The notes beneath the pieces are model-generated. The model worked only from the letters and a program-made list of their open reading frames with translations, ran no database searches and had not been told where the DNA came from. Position numbers and translations under genes: made by a program. Below, piece after piece: positions 48,801-61,885 of a DNA stretch of 64,000 nucleotides (position 1 is its first letter; each line of letters starts with the position of its first letter). This DNA comes from Fonticula alba ATCC 38817 (lineage: Eukaryota; Protista; Nucleariida): NCBI GenBank assembly GCA_000388065.2, contig KB932209.1; one strand, 5' to 3'.

Positions 48801-49928
48801 CTTCCCCACATAGTATGCACGCAGGTCCTGGATCAGGGTCACCGGCAGGAAGCCCAGCAGCGACACGCGCAAGGGCACATTGCAGTGCAGCAGCCACTCC
48901 AGGTGGTGCGAGTCGATGTGCTCCTGGCTGACGGAGCCGGCCGGCAGGGGCCGGCCCCCGGGGCCCAGATGTGTCAGGAAGTCCCGCGGGATTGGCGGAC
49001 AGGGGCCGGCCATCTGCGTGGCCGGCCCCCCGCCACCGGCTGCCCCATTCGGGCCAAACTCCCGACTCAGCAGCTCCAGCAGGACATAGTGCGCGGCCAG
49101 ATGCAAGCACGGGAGCAAATCCGTGTGGCGCTCGCGCACCATGACCGCCAGGTTCAAACCCAGAAGGCCCTCGGTGAGGAACGACCGGAAGGACCGCTCG
49201 GGCATGGCGCCCAATTCGGCGGCCGAGGAGGCGGACTCAAAGCCGGCCGAGGCGCCGCGCGACAGGCGCTCCGCCGTGTGGGTGTACTCGCGCGACAGCC
49301 AGGTGAAGGAGATCGAGAGGACCGGGAACCGCGAGTCTGACAGCCGGCTCATCAGGGTGTCGGCCAGCGACCGGAGGACCTCGACAAAACTCTCGATCAG
49401 GCCGAGGTGCGGCCCGGGGTGGTCGGCTGGACCGCCGCCAGACATGCGAGGACGCAGGGGGGAGGACGGTTAGAGACCCGCGGGATCGGCAAGAGGCCCC
49501 GGCAGAGTGGCACATCAAAGGGGGCCCAGGCAGAGAGGNNNNNNNNNNGGGCACGAACGTGGCGTCCCGGCCAGGTAGAGCGGCCAGAGAATGGACAAAA
49601 CTTGCGGATCCGGTGGGACGGCCACCTGGAAGCGATACATGAATGACCCTGGGGTGATGGGGGCAGGGGCCCGGCTGGGGGCCCGGCCACCGGCTTGGTA
49701 GGTGGAGGCCGGGGCCAGCGCCCCGCTGGCCGAGGGGTCCGGCGCGCGCCAGGACGATGACCGGATGACCCCGGGCACATCACGGTCGCGGTCGCCGGGG
49801 GCCGCCGCGCGGAAGGTCTCGCCGGACGCCGAGCCGCCGCGCCCGCCGCCGCGCCCGCCGCGACCACGCCCACGCTGGCTCCGCCAGAAGCTGCTGCTCG
49901 ATCGACTGGCGCCGCGGCCGCCGCCCCG

Positions 49929-49959
<31 letters not shown>

Positions 49960-50006
49960 TCATCATCGTCTGATGTGCCGCCCTGGAAGCGGCGGAAGTC
50001 GCTCAT
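45817..50006 (-). CDS. MCM8: DNA helicase MCM8
   Basis: RG-rich N-terminus; [24 protein letters not shown]; zinc finger CVKC...CLGRGC; DWQQIKIQE...AGRIPKNI; Walker [12 protein letters not shown]; Walker B CIDEFDK; arginine finger ILSRFDL; [11 protein letters not shown]; last exon [15 protein letters not shown] like the human MCM8 end. Confidence 0.93.
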
Positions 50007-50569
50007 TCGGCTGGCCTGCGGACGCGTATCCGACAATCGAAGCCTCCGTGCGGGGCAAAGGCAGTGCGGAGGGCAGGGGGAAACTGCAAGGGGAAAGGGG
50101 GACAAACGCCAAGGGAGGAGGGGGAAAGCGCAATGGCGAATAGGAAGGTGGTCCCCAGGCCGGGGGGCACACGGGAGCCAGGCCGGTGGCTCAGATCTCC
50201 CCCTCGGTCCCTCTCTCTCTCTCTCCTGCCCCCTCCATCCCTTGCCGCCCCAGATGCCGGGGCAAAGGGTGGCACCGCGCGAGGGCGCCGGGGCCGGTGG
50301 CGCTCGCCATTAATCGTGTCACGTGAGTCTCCCGAGGACAGTCGACGCTCCCCCCCCTCGCTCTCTCACAGGGCCCGGGGGTGGAAGGGAGGAAGGCGGG
50401 GGCCGGAAGACCGCGCGCCTCTCCTCCCTTCGCTGGCTTTTGCGTGACCGCCCCGGGACCCCCCTGCCTGGGGGCCGGCTAAGCTTTCCGCTCTTGCCCC
50501 CCCCCCTCGTACCCGTCTTTCCCATTCCTCCTCCGTTGCTCGAACCGCACACGCCCCCGCACCCACACC

Positions 50570-51813
50570 ATGCCCCCCCGCCGGAAGCGTAACGCCAAGA
50601 ATTCGGCCGCCAGCTACGACGAGATGTACCCCCCATCGGGCGATCCGGCCCTCGAGGCGCCGGAGGCCGCCGACCCCGGGCCCGGCTCCGCCGCCGCCGA
50701 TGCCCCTCCCGCTGATGCTCCAGCGGCCGACAGCCCCGCCGCCGCGGTCGCCGACCCGGAAGCCGCACGCCGGGAGCTGGAGACCGCACACCGGGCCCAA
50801 GCCCGGGTGTTCCGCATGGATCTGCAGAAGAAGAAGAAGGAGGCCACTGCCAAGGGCAAGGATGCGGCCAAGGCCTGGCGCTCGGAAGAGCAGCGCCTGG
50901 AGAAGGAGTTCCTGGACCAGCAGGCCCAGGAGATGCGCCTCCTGGAGGAGCGTCTAGCCGCCATGTCGGCCCTGCGCACGGCCGAGGCCGCCGAGGAGCC
51001 CGGGTCGTCGACCACTCGTGCGCAGCGGCGCCGCGTACGTTCGGGGCTTTCCCCTCCGCCGGTCCCTTTCCCAGCACGCCTGGCACAAGCTTCCTGGCAG
51101 CCGCGTGGCCGCCCTCCTTCTTTCTTGCTGACCCTCCCCTCTTCTCGGGGCCCCGCCCCCTCCCCGGCCCCCCATTCCCATGCGACTCCCAGGACAAGAA
51201 GTCCGCCGAGGAGCAGGCCCGCTATGAGCAGGGCGTGGCCGAGGCTGCCCTTCTGCCGGACCTCAAGGCCGCTGAAGATGCCCTGCTGCTGCCCCTGCTG
51301 TCACAGGCTGGTCTTTCGCTTTTCGAGGTGAGTTGGCCCCAGTCAAGTCGCTTTCCCCTGGTCTTCCTCTCTTCTCTTGGGCCTCCTCTCTCTCTTTCTC
51401 TCTCTCCCCTCGCATCCCATCTGCAACCGGTTGACCTGCGCTTGCTGGTACTGATGCCTTCCCCTCCATCTCATGCCCTTTCTCTCGCTCCTGCCTCTGT
51501 GCATTTTCATGCATGCGCGCATCGCACCCCCTGCAGATCCGTCCCGATGGGCACTGGTACGATCCTCCCTTGCCTTCCGCCGGCCACGGTGGAAAACATT
51601 GGCCCTCTGCCGACACCCGGCCCTTTGTCTGACCTCCCATCCACGCGCCCCCGGATAGCCTCTTCAACGCTGTGGATCATCAGTACAGCCATGTCTTCGG
51701 CCAGACCCTCCGCGGCCCGGTACGTTCCCCTGCCCCCTCTCCCCCCCCCCCCTACCCTACCCTCACCGGCATCCTCGGCCCATCTCCCCTCTGTCATCCC
51801 CACCGCTGACCAT

Positions 51814-51848
<35 letters not shown>

Positions 51849-52849
51849 CGTGTCGACAGAATCACTGGCGGCGCTTCGCTTGTGACTGGATGCGCCAGCA
51901 CCGCGACCACTTCCAGCATTTCGCCATGAATGAGGACGGCGAGGTCACTGACTTTGGTGCGCTGCCTCTGATGGCTGCCCATGTTGATGGCGGCGCTCGC
52001 ACGCATGCGTCCCCCCTCTCTGACCCGATTGACGCCCTGCCCCGCGTAAACAAAAAAAAACACCACCGCAAACACCCCCTGCCACCGCCGGGCAGATGAA
52101 TACCTGGAGACCATGGAGCACACCGCTGTTTGGGGTGGCCACCCGGAGGTGCGTTCCCTCGGAGGAAGGGAGGAAAAAAGACAACGCGAACAACCAATGT
52201 CCATCGCCCTGCATCGGTGTAGATGCGGGGCAAGCAGCCCCCCCCCCCCCCCCCCNNNNNNNNNNNNNNNNNNNNNNNNNNNNNNNNNNNNNNNNNNNNN
52301 NNNNNNNNNNNNNNNNNNNNNNNNNNNNNNNNNNNNNNNNNNNNNNNNNNNNNNNNNNNNNNNNNNNNNNNNNNNNNNNNNNNNNNNNNNNNNNNNNNNN
52401 NNNNNNNNNNNNNNNNNNNNNNNNNNNNNNNNNNNNNNNNNNNNNNNNNNNNNNNNNNNNNNNNNNNNNNNNNNNNNNNNNNNNNNGGCCGAGGCACATG
52501 CGGATGTCGGCCACGTCGGCTCATGCTGTGTGAAGAGTAAGCCCCCCCAGCTAACCCCTACTCCCCATGACAATCGTGCCCCCGGCTGGTGCTGCAGCTC
52601 TTCGCCCTGGCCAGCGCCACCGGCACGCCGATCCACGTTTTCCAAGCCCCCTCCAAGGTGGCCACCTTTGGCGACTTGTCCGGGTCGAAGCTGCTCGAGG
52701 CGGCCGCCGAGGCTGGCGCCCTGGTGGTTATCAGCCCGGATGAGGGGGTCCCGCGCTCCGGCAAGCCGGCCCTGAGTCTGGTGTACCAGCGCCACACGCT
52801 CGGCCTTGGTGAGCATTACAATTCCACCCTTCCGAGCGCGCCGCAGTAG
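50570..52849 (+). CDS. OTUD6B: OTU-domain deubiquitinase (OTUD6B/Otu2-like)
   Basis: N-terminal charged helix LETAHRAQARVFRMDLQKKKK...EKEFLDQQAQEM. Catalytic IRPDGHC|LFNAVDHQ (across an intron), WGGHPE|LQLFALA, and YQRHTLGLGEHYNS with the catalytic His. One intron contains an N-gap. Confidence 0.88.
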
Positions 52850-53715
52850 CCGGGGCCGGCCGGGCGCGTGCGTGTGTGTGTGTGTGTGTATGTATGTATG
52901 TGTGCAGCCAGAGCCGGTCCATGCGGCAGCGACCATGCAAACAAGAATCAGGCCGAAATGGACCACGCGCACAGGAGCACCACAATAAAACACACACGCA
53001 CACATACATACGTGCGCGCGCGCAAACATTTTTGCACTTGCCCAAACATGCATGCATCAAGGTGGTGAAACAGGGCCGGGCAGCAAAAGCAAACAAAGGC
53101 GCGATGATTCGGGATCGCTTTTTGTGTCAATATATTGGTGTTCGGTGTGGGCGCGCGCGGGCCGCACGCGGGGTACATGTGCGACGGACAGGCGCACACG
53201 CACGCGCATGCATGGGGCTCCTGGANNNNNNNNNNNNNNNNNNNNNNNNNNNNNNNNNNNNNNNNNNNNNNNNNNNNNNNNNNNNNNNNNNNNNNNNNNN
53301 NNNNNNNNNNNNNNNNNNNNNNNNNNNNNNNNNNNNNNNNNNNNNNNNNNNNNNNNNNNNNNNNNNNNNNNNNNNNNNNNNNNNNNNNNNNNNNNNNNNN
53401 NNNNNNNNNNNNNNNNNNNNNNNNNNNNNNNNNNNNNNNNNNNNNNNNNNNNNNNNNNNNNNNNNNNNNNNNNNNNNNNNNNNNNNNNNNNNNNNNNNNN
53501 NNNNNNNNNNNNNNNNNNNNNNNNNNNNNNNNNNNNNNNNNNNNNNNNNNNNNNNNNNNNNNNNNNNNNNNNNNGGGGGGGGGGAGCGTCACGTCGGAGG
53601 ACTGCGCACACATGGATGTACAGGTGGTTCCTCCCGGGTCCCTCCCCCGGAGCCAGCCTCTTGCGCGGTGGCGCGGGGGAAAGGCGCCCCTCGGGCTTGG
53701 AAAAGCACACGCCGC

Positions 53716-54642
53716 TTAGGGGGCCACCAGCAGACGCATGGTGTTGCTGTGGCCAACACCACTCTTCCAGCCCTGGATGGCGATGACCATCATGCCAGAG
53801 CTCAGGAGGCCCATGGTCTTGGCCTTCATGATGCCGAACTGAATGCGCGCATCGACATCCAGCTGCCACTGCTCGCCGGACACGGCGCCGGGGGAGATGC
53901 GGCCGCGGTCGTACAGGAGCGGGAAGCACCCGCGCCACAGGTGCGCCTGCCGGGCAACGCGCGCCTCGCGGGTGATGGTGATGATCGGGCACCGGGGACG
54001 GTACTTGGACACCAGGCGGGCGGTATCGCCGCTGCCGGTGAGCACGATGATGGCACCGATGTTGGGCTGCTCGAGGGCGGCGTTGACGGCCGAGCAGGCC
54101 AGCGTCTCGGCGAAGGACTGGCTCGGGCCGCCGGGGGTGCCATTCCCGGAGAAGGGGTTCGGCGCGGTCAGCAGCCGGAGCTCATTGAAGAAGGAGGTGG
54201 AGAAGGTGGCCAGCTCGGCCTCGATGCAAATCCGGTGCATCATGCGCACGGCCTCGATGGGGTAGCTGCCCTTGGCCGTCTCACCCGAAAGCATGACGCA
54301 ATCGGCACCGTCGAGGACGGCATTGGCCACATCGGAGACCTCAGCACGAGTGGGGCGGGGGTTGGTGGTCATGCTGTGTGAAGAGTAAGGAGGGGAAGAG
54401 GGAGAGATGGGAAGAGGGAGAGATGGGAAGGGGAGGGGGCGCGGGGAAGGGAGGGAGAGAGAGAGGTAAGTGGGCGGATTCAGCAACAAACAGCGAGACT
54501 TGGGCTCTCACGGTTGATAACATGCAGACAGGTGCAGCAACAGGGCGACGGCAAGACATGTGGAGGCGGAGAGAAGCCGGAAGGAGAGTGCGGCCCCCTT
54601 TTGAGCTCCCTCCCATTGCACCTGCACAGCGGGCCAGCGAAA

Positions 54643-54674
<32 letters not shown>

Positions 54675-56003
54675 TCGGACAGGGACCGGACATACCTCTC
54701 AAGCATCTGCGTGGCGCAGATGACACTCTTGCCGACGATGTTGCACCGGGCAATCATCATCTTCTGCACGCGGAACACACGCTCCGGGGGAATCTCAATG
54801 CCGAGATCACCGCGGGCCACCATGACACCGTCGACGGCATCGAGGATCTCATCGAAGTTGTTGACACCCTCCTGGTTCTCGATCTTGGCGATGATCTTGA
54901 TGTGCTGGCCCTCCGGGCCGAGGCACATGCGGATGTCGGCCACGTCGGCCGGCTTGCGGATGAACGAGGCGAAGATCATGTCGACATTGTTGCGCACGGC
55001 GAAGGCATAGCACTCGCGATCGTAGTCCGACACGGCGGGCAGATCAATCAGAGCCCCGGGCAGGTTGACACCCTTGCGGTTGGAGAGAACACCACCATCG
55101 ACCACGGTGCAGGTGACATCCCCGGGGTTCGGGGAGTCCACGGTGACCACCTGCAGGGAGATGAGGCCGTCGTCGATGTAAATCGGCGAGCCGGGCAGCA
55201 CCACACGCGCCAGGTTGGGATAGTCAATGAAGACCAGGCTGGCCGAGCCGCGCTTGATGTTGGCGCGGTCGGTGGACACGACCACCTGCTCGCCGGAGGT
55301 CAGGGTCACCTCGTCGATGCCGTCGGCCAGCTCGCCGGTGCGGATCTCCGGGCCCTTGGTGTCCAGGGCGATGGCCACCGGGCGGGCCATCTCGTCCATG
55401 AGCTTGTCCGACTGGCGGGTGTTGTCGATAGTGGCCTGGTGGAACTGTGGCGGCGTGGGGCCCGAGCGTGTGGGCGAGGCGGTCAGTGGAAGTCGGGCTG
55501 GTTGGGGCAAGGGGAGGTGGACGGGGGCAGAGAGAGAGAGAGAGAGGCCAGCAAAGGGGCAAGCTGCCAGGGGAACGGAAAGCCGGGCGCGTGGCACGCA
55601 CATCGAACGAGCCATGGCTCATGTTCATGCGGACGACGTTCATGCCGGCCTGGCGCAGGGAGGCCAGCTTCTCCACGGACTGGGTCTTCGGGCCGATGGT
55701 GCAGATGATGGAGGTCCGGCGGGCGTGGACATTCTCCTGCACGACGGGCGGGGTGCCGGGAGCGGCGTCGGTGGTGGTGGCAGCGGCGCCGTCGGCCGGG
55801 CTGCCAGCGACAATGGCCGCGGCGGTGGCCGACGCGGCGGCCAGCTTGTCGCTGCCAGGGCCAGAGGCGGCCATGAAGTCCGTGCAGTCCAGCGAGGCCA
55901 GATGCCCCAGGGTGGTGGTGGGGTTGGAGGAACGGGCATGGCGCAGGCGGGTCGACGGGCTGGCATGCACCATCGTGGCGTTATGGTTGACGACACTCGA
56001 CAT
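53716..56003 (-). CDS. PYK: Pyruvate kinase
   Basis: [73 protein letters not shown]|[36 protein letters not shown], and FBP loop [13 protein letters not shown]. Confidence 0.97.
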
Positions 56004-58748
56004 GATCGAAAGAGAGGGGGAGGAGGAGGATGCAGGGGAGGGGAGGGGGAGAGGAGGGGGGGGGGAGGGGATCAGGTGAAAGGACGGTCAAATTCCAGGA
56101 GGGGGAGAGAGAAGGGACGTCCTGTGGGGAAGTGGATGGGACTCGGCCCCGGGGGCCCGGAGGGCGACCGGCTATGTGCCTCTTTTGGGGGGGGGGGGGT
56201 ACCCGACGCCGGGGCCTCGCCCTCCTGCGCCGCAGTGGCCGGCGCCGGGATCCCACGCACGGCATCGGCGTGGGAACGGGCCCGGCTTGCCTCTCTCCCT
56301 GGGAGGCGCCGGCTGGCGGCCGGGCGGGGCCCACCAAGGGATCGGGGTGCGCACACACATACACACGTAGACTTGCGTACATGGGCGCGGGGTGCGCCGT
56401 TTCCGTCCGCGCATGCCACCCCCCCCCCCTGAGACGCACCACCCTGCCCCGGCAACCGAGCTCGGGCGCGCCAGGGAATGGCCAGTGGGGCGGGCGTTGT
56501 CCCGAGAAAACTGGTCTCTTCGGGGAAGGGGCGCGTGGTGCAGCTGCCCGGGGGGAGGGGGGCAGGGCGGCCGGCTCGGGCCGGAGCGCGCGCCCAGGCA
56601 CCAGGCCCAGCGAGCGCGCCCGACGCAAAGAGAGTGACTTTGGTCGATCGCCCCGACCGACCCCCGCCCCCCCCCCCCCCCCCCCTCCCGCGGCCGCAAG
56701 ACGGCCTGGGCCAGCCCGCGCAACGACCCCACGCATGGCACGGAACCCCTCCTTGGTAGGCCGGGATCACCTCGACCGCCACCACCCCAATGACTAGGGC
56801 GCACCCGGCCGGGTGCGTCCAGGAGTGCGCGCGGGGTGACAGGAGCCAGGGGAAGGGGCGCTCCGGGAAATGGCGCGGTCTAGCGGGCCAGCCCGGGCGA
56901 ACCCGGCTTCAGCCTGCCCGCGAGGGACCTCGCTCTCTCTTCCCTCCCCCCCCCCGGCAGGGAACTTCCTCCGCGCGATGGGAGGGCACATGAGCTTCTC
57001 AGCTCGCGCGTGAAGGGGCCCCCAGGGCGGAAGCACACGCGCGTGTAAGTACGGTCGTCACGCCGTGCCCCAAACCGGTCCCGCCGCCGGTCGTGCCCCC
57101 CCCNNNNNNNNNNNNNNNNNNNNNNNNNNNNNNNNNNNNNNNNNNNNNNNNNNNNNNNNNNNNNNNNNNNNNNNNNNNNNNNNNNNNNNNNNNNNNNNNN
57201 NNNNNNNNNNNNNNNNNNNNNNNNNNNNNNNNNNNNNNNNNNNNNNNNNNNNNNNNNNNNNNNNNNNNNNNNNNNNNNNNNNNNNNNNNNNNNNNNNNNN
57301 NNNNNNNNNNNNNNNNNNNNNNNNNNNNNNNNNNNNNNNNNNNNNNNNNNNNNNNNNNNNNNNNNNNNNNNNNNNNNNNNNNNNNNNNNNNNNNNNNNNN
57401 NNNNNNNNNNNNNNNNNNNNNNNNNNNNNNNNNNNNNNNNNNNNNNNNNNNNNNNNNNNNNNNNNNNNNNNNNNNNNNNNNNNNNNNNNNNNNNNNNNNN
57501 NNNNNNNNNNNNNNNNNNNNNNNNNNNNNNNNNNNNNNNNNNNNNNNNNNNNNNNNNNNNNNNNNNNNNNNNNNNNNNNNNNNNNNNNNNNNNNNNNNNN
57601 NNNNNNNNNNNNNNNNNNNNNNNNNNNNNNNNNNNNNNNNNCGCCATGGGTCCGGGGCGCACGCAGCGCCGGAGCCACGCCCCGCCCCGCGCCAGCCCCT
57701 CCGCCCCCCCCCCCGGCCGCCGGGGGAGAGGGTCGGCCAAAAGCCGAGATAGATGCTGCGCGCCGGACAAATTTGTGACTCTGGGCTGTGGGCCAGACGG
57801 TTCAGCTGATCCGGTCATGTTATCATCGATCGGCGCGGCTGACTTGCCCCACGGACGGTCTGGATCGGCGGTCCGCAGATGGGCCCCCTCCCGGCGGGGA
57901 AGAAGCCGTGAGTACGCCCTTGGGCCGGGCGGTGTTTGTTTTTTTCCCGGGGGTCCCTCCTTATATAGACAGCAGGGACTGGGGGGGGGGGGGAATTTCG
58001 TGCGTGTGTCCGTGTCGAAGGAGCTCCCTCCCCTCCGAGGATTGGGCGAGCCCCGCGTGTGTGCCCATCCTGTGCCGGCCCGAGTGGGTGATGTCCTGAC
58101 GCGGAGCCCCTCCGGGCCGGAGGGGCTTCTCATATGAGGAGGACGTTCAACAGAGTCCGCCCCCCCCCCCCCCCCCTCCCCTGGGGACTAGGGAAGTGCC
58201 CGGACAAGGTGGCGCAAGTGCCCGCACCCCTCTTGCGCCACGCTGCATGAGGAAGGCACAATTTATGAATCAGAGGGGAAAGGGGCCCCCCCGGGGGGGG
58301 GGACCTGGCGAGCGGAGCGGTGGCTGAGTCTCAGACGTTCCAGGCCGTGTTGCGCCCCCCCCCTCCCCCCCGAACGCCCCTGGCCGATTCCCGGGTGTCT
58401 CTTTTCGTAGGTGGGATCCTCGTTGCGTCACAGGAGGGACAACAAACGAGCTGGTGCCCACGCCCCCCTCCCCCGGCCCGGGAAGACGCCGGAAATGTAT
58501 GCCCTGTGGGCATGTCCCCGGTGCTTGCTTGCGCAGGGGGGCAGTGACCCGGTCCTGGACGCAAACCGCGGGAGGTGGCCGGGGCGGGACGGGGCTCGTA
58601 TCTCGCTCCTCGGTGCACGGTGGGGCCTATATCAGCGGGCGGCGGCCGGCCAGGCGCCCAACTGGCCGCCGTCAGGACACCTACCCCCCCCCCCCCCTTC
58701 TCCCCCCCCCCCCCCTGCTGGCCCGCCAGTTCTCACGACCCGAAAGTC

Positions 58749-61700
58749 ATGCCCCCTTTTGAGAAGAAGTCCTGTATGTTGCCTGCCCCTCCTCTCCGAC
58801 TGTTCCGCCCCGCCCTGCTGCCCGCCCCCCCCCCCGCCCCCGGGTCACCCGTTCCCCCCCCCCCCCCCCCCCACAGCCGGCTCCGGAGAGATCCACTCGG
58901 TCTTCCGCATCAAGCCCTACTTCTTCCTCCATGTGCTGAACCAGAACACCAACGTGACGGATGTCATCTGCGGGCCGCGGACGTTCATCTGCCAGGACCA
59001 CGAGCGCGTGGTCCTGGAGCCGACGCCCATGATCAGCATCGGCCCGGCCGAGTACTGCATCGTGGAGAACCCGGTGGCGGTGGACCCGGCCACCGGGGCG
59101 ATTCGCCGTGACCCGGCCACCGGGCAGATCCTGCTGCAGCTGAGCGAGACCGAGGTCCGCCTGGCGCAGCCGCCCTTCCCGCTGTACCCCGGCGAGAAGG
59201 CCGGCGAGCTGTGCAAGCTCAAGAGCATCGACGCGCTGTCGTCCTTCCGGATCCGCGCCACCCGGCAGTTTGACATGGAGGTGACGGTCCCCTTCGGCCA
59301 GCCGAAGGCGCTGGCCGCGGCGCAGGCCTTCGACCCCGGCCTGACGCGCCTGCTGAAGGCCCTGCCGGCGGAGGAGCTGGCCGCCGCCAAGGCCGCCGGT
59401 GTCCCGCGCACCTTCACCATCACTCGCCACATCAGCGACGAGTGGATGCAGGCCGGCCCGTCCACCTTCATCCCCTCGCCCAATTATGTCATGGCCAGTG
59501 TCGTGTCGGCGCACATCCTCCGCAAGGATTCGGCCATCCGCCTGCTGGCCACGGCCAACTGCGTGTCGCAGCACGACGGCGCCGACCGTGTGGCCGGCGA
59601 GGAGTGGCACGTCCCCATCCCCGGTCCCTATGTGCCGGGTGTCTGTGAGCAGGTCATCGGCGTGGACACGGCCCACATCCTGTCCGAGGGCCAGGCCCTG
59701 CTGCTCAGTGTACGCCTTTCCTCGGCTTCTCCTTCTGCCTGCCCCTCCCTGTCCTGCTCCTGGTCTCTCGGCGGCACTGCCCCCGCCCCCCGCCCCCCTG
59801 TGCGCATGTCCCCAGGCCAAGCACACGTTCGTCGATGCCTATGGCAAGCGCCGGCGCAACGCCGAGGAGTGGCTGATCACCTACCAGGACGCCGAGTCGC
59901 ACCTGCTGGACGTCCACGAGCAGCTGGTCAAGTATGTGAACATCACCACCCTCAGCTCGCGCCAGTACTGCGTCATCCTGGACCCGGTCTGCCCGACGAC
60001 CGGCAAGAACATGCTCGGCCAGCGGAAGCTCCTGCGCGGCGAGCAGTCCTTCTTCCTCAAGCCCGGCGAGTCCCTGGAGAAGGGCATCCAGTCGGTGTAT
60101 GTGCTGAGCTCCGACCAGGGCCTTGTCCTCCGGGCGCTGGAGGAGTTCACCGATACCTCGGTCCGGCCGGGGGCCGCGGCCGGCGCCGGCCCGGTCACCT
60201 ACATGCCCGGCGACCGGTGGATGATCTTCGGGCCGTGCGAGTATGTGCCGCCCACCTCGGTGGAGGTGGTCTGCCAGCGGGAGACCATTCCCCTGAGCGA
60301 GAATGAGGGCATCTATGTGCGGGACAACCGCACTGGCCAGGTCCGCCTGGTGCACAGCCAGTCGTACATGCTGCGCGAGGAGGAGATCTTCTTCAACAAG
60401 GAGCTCCCGGCCGAGATCGAGGCCCTCATCAGCATGGACCCGGTGTCGGAGCGCTTCTCCTCCTCCAATGCCAACTCCCTGACCCGGCAGGCTTCCTCCC
60501 GGCGGTCCAAGCATGCGGCCGTCAAGTTCGGCATCCCGCACAATGCCGCGGTGCAGATTTACGACTACCGCGCTCGTGTGGCTCGTGTGGAGATCGGCCC
60601 GGATCTGGTGATGCTCCAGCCGGATGAGATGTTCACCCTGCTGAGCCTGTCCGGTGGCCGGCCCAAGCGCCCGAATGCCATCAAGTCCATTTGCCTGCTG
60701 CTGGGCCCGGACTTCTGCACGGACATCATCACGGTCGAGACGTCGGACCATGCGCGCCTGCAGCTGCAGCTGGCCTACAACTGGCACTTCCGGGTGCCGC
60801 CCACCCCGGGCCCGGGGGAGGACCGGACCGCCTTCAATGAGGAGATGCGCAAGCTGTTCTCCGTGCCGGACTTCATCGGCGAGATGTGCCATGCCATTGC
60901 CTCGCGCATTCGTGGCACCGTGGCCTCGGTCCCCTTCGACGAGTTCCACCGGCACTCGGCGCGCATCATCCGATCCAGTGTCTTCGGCGAGACGGCCAAT
61001 GCCACCGCCATGGCGGCGGCGGCGGCGGCGGCCAGCCCGAGCACCGGCATGGAGCCGACCATGGTGCCGACCATCGGCGGTACCACCGCCACCTGCCAGG
61101 AGTTCGTCCTCTTCTCCAACAACCTGGTGGTCACCAGTGTGGACATCCAGTCGGTGGAGCCGGTGGACCAGCGCACTCGCGATGCCCTGCAGAAGTCCGT
61201 GCAGCTGGCCATCGAGATCACCACCAGCAGCCAGGAGGCCACGGCCAAGCATGAGGCCGAGCGCCTGGAGCAGGAGGCCCGCGGTCGACTGGACCGCCAG
61301 CGGATCCTCGATGATGCCCAGGTGGAGAAGGCCCGGCAGGAGCTGCTGCAGCTGCAGTCCGAGTCGGCGGCCGTCGAGAGCCAGGGCTTTGCCGTGGCCG
61401 AGGCCACCGCTCGGGCCGAGGCCGCGGCCATCGAGGCCCGCGCGGCCGTCGAGCAGGCCCGCCTCCGTGCCGAGGCCCAGGCCATCGAGGCCCGTAGTGA
61501 GCTTGATCGCCTGTCGGCTGCCCGCGCGGCCGAGATTGACTTCCTGCAGAAGCAGCTGGAGCTGGAGGTGCAGAAGTCCCGCCTGCTGGCCGACATCGAG
61601 GCTGCCAAGTTCTCCAACATGGTCGGCAGCATCGGCCAGGCCACCCTGGTGGAGATGGCCCGTGCCGGGCCCGACGCCCAGGTCCGCCTGCTGCAGTCGC

Positions 61701-61885
61701 TCGGCATCCGGAGCACCCTCATCACCGACGGCAAGAGCCCGATCAACCTCTTCCAGACGGCTCAGGGGCTCGTGGCCCCGCCGCCGTCGGCCGGCGGTCT
61801 GCTGGCCGACGTGACGGCCGGCGCGGTCCCCGTGTCTGGCGCTGGTCAGGCTGCCCCGAGTGTCGCTGCCCCTGCCAGCAATTGA
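58749..61885 (+). CDS. MVP: Major vault protein
   Basis: Exons 58749-58773, 58877-59709, 59816-61885. R1: [19 protein letters not shown]...[14 protein letters not shown]2: [16 protein letters not shown]9/shoulder: [54 protein letters not shown]. Cap helix: [25 protein letters not shown]. Cap ring: [12 protein letters not shown]. Confidence 0.97.

Noticed and set aside
49600-50006. RG/RGG-rich N-terminus of MCM8 as a novel fusion
   Set aside because: Human MCM8 also begins with an RG-rich segment, so this is a known family feature.
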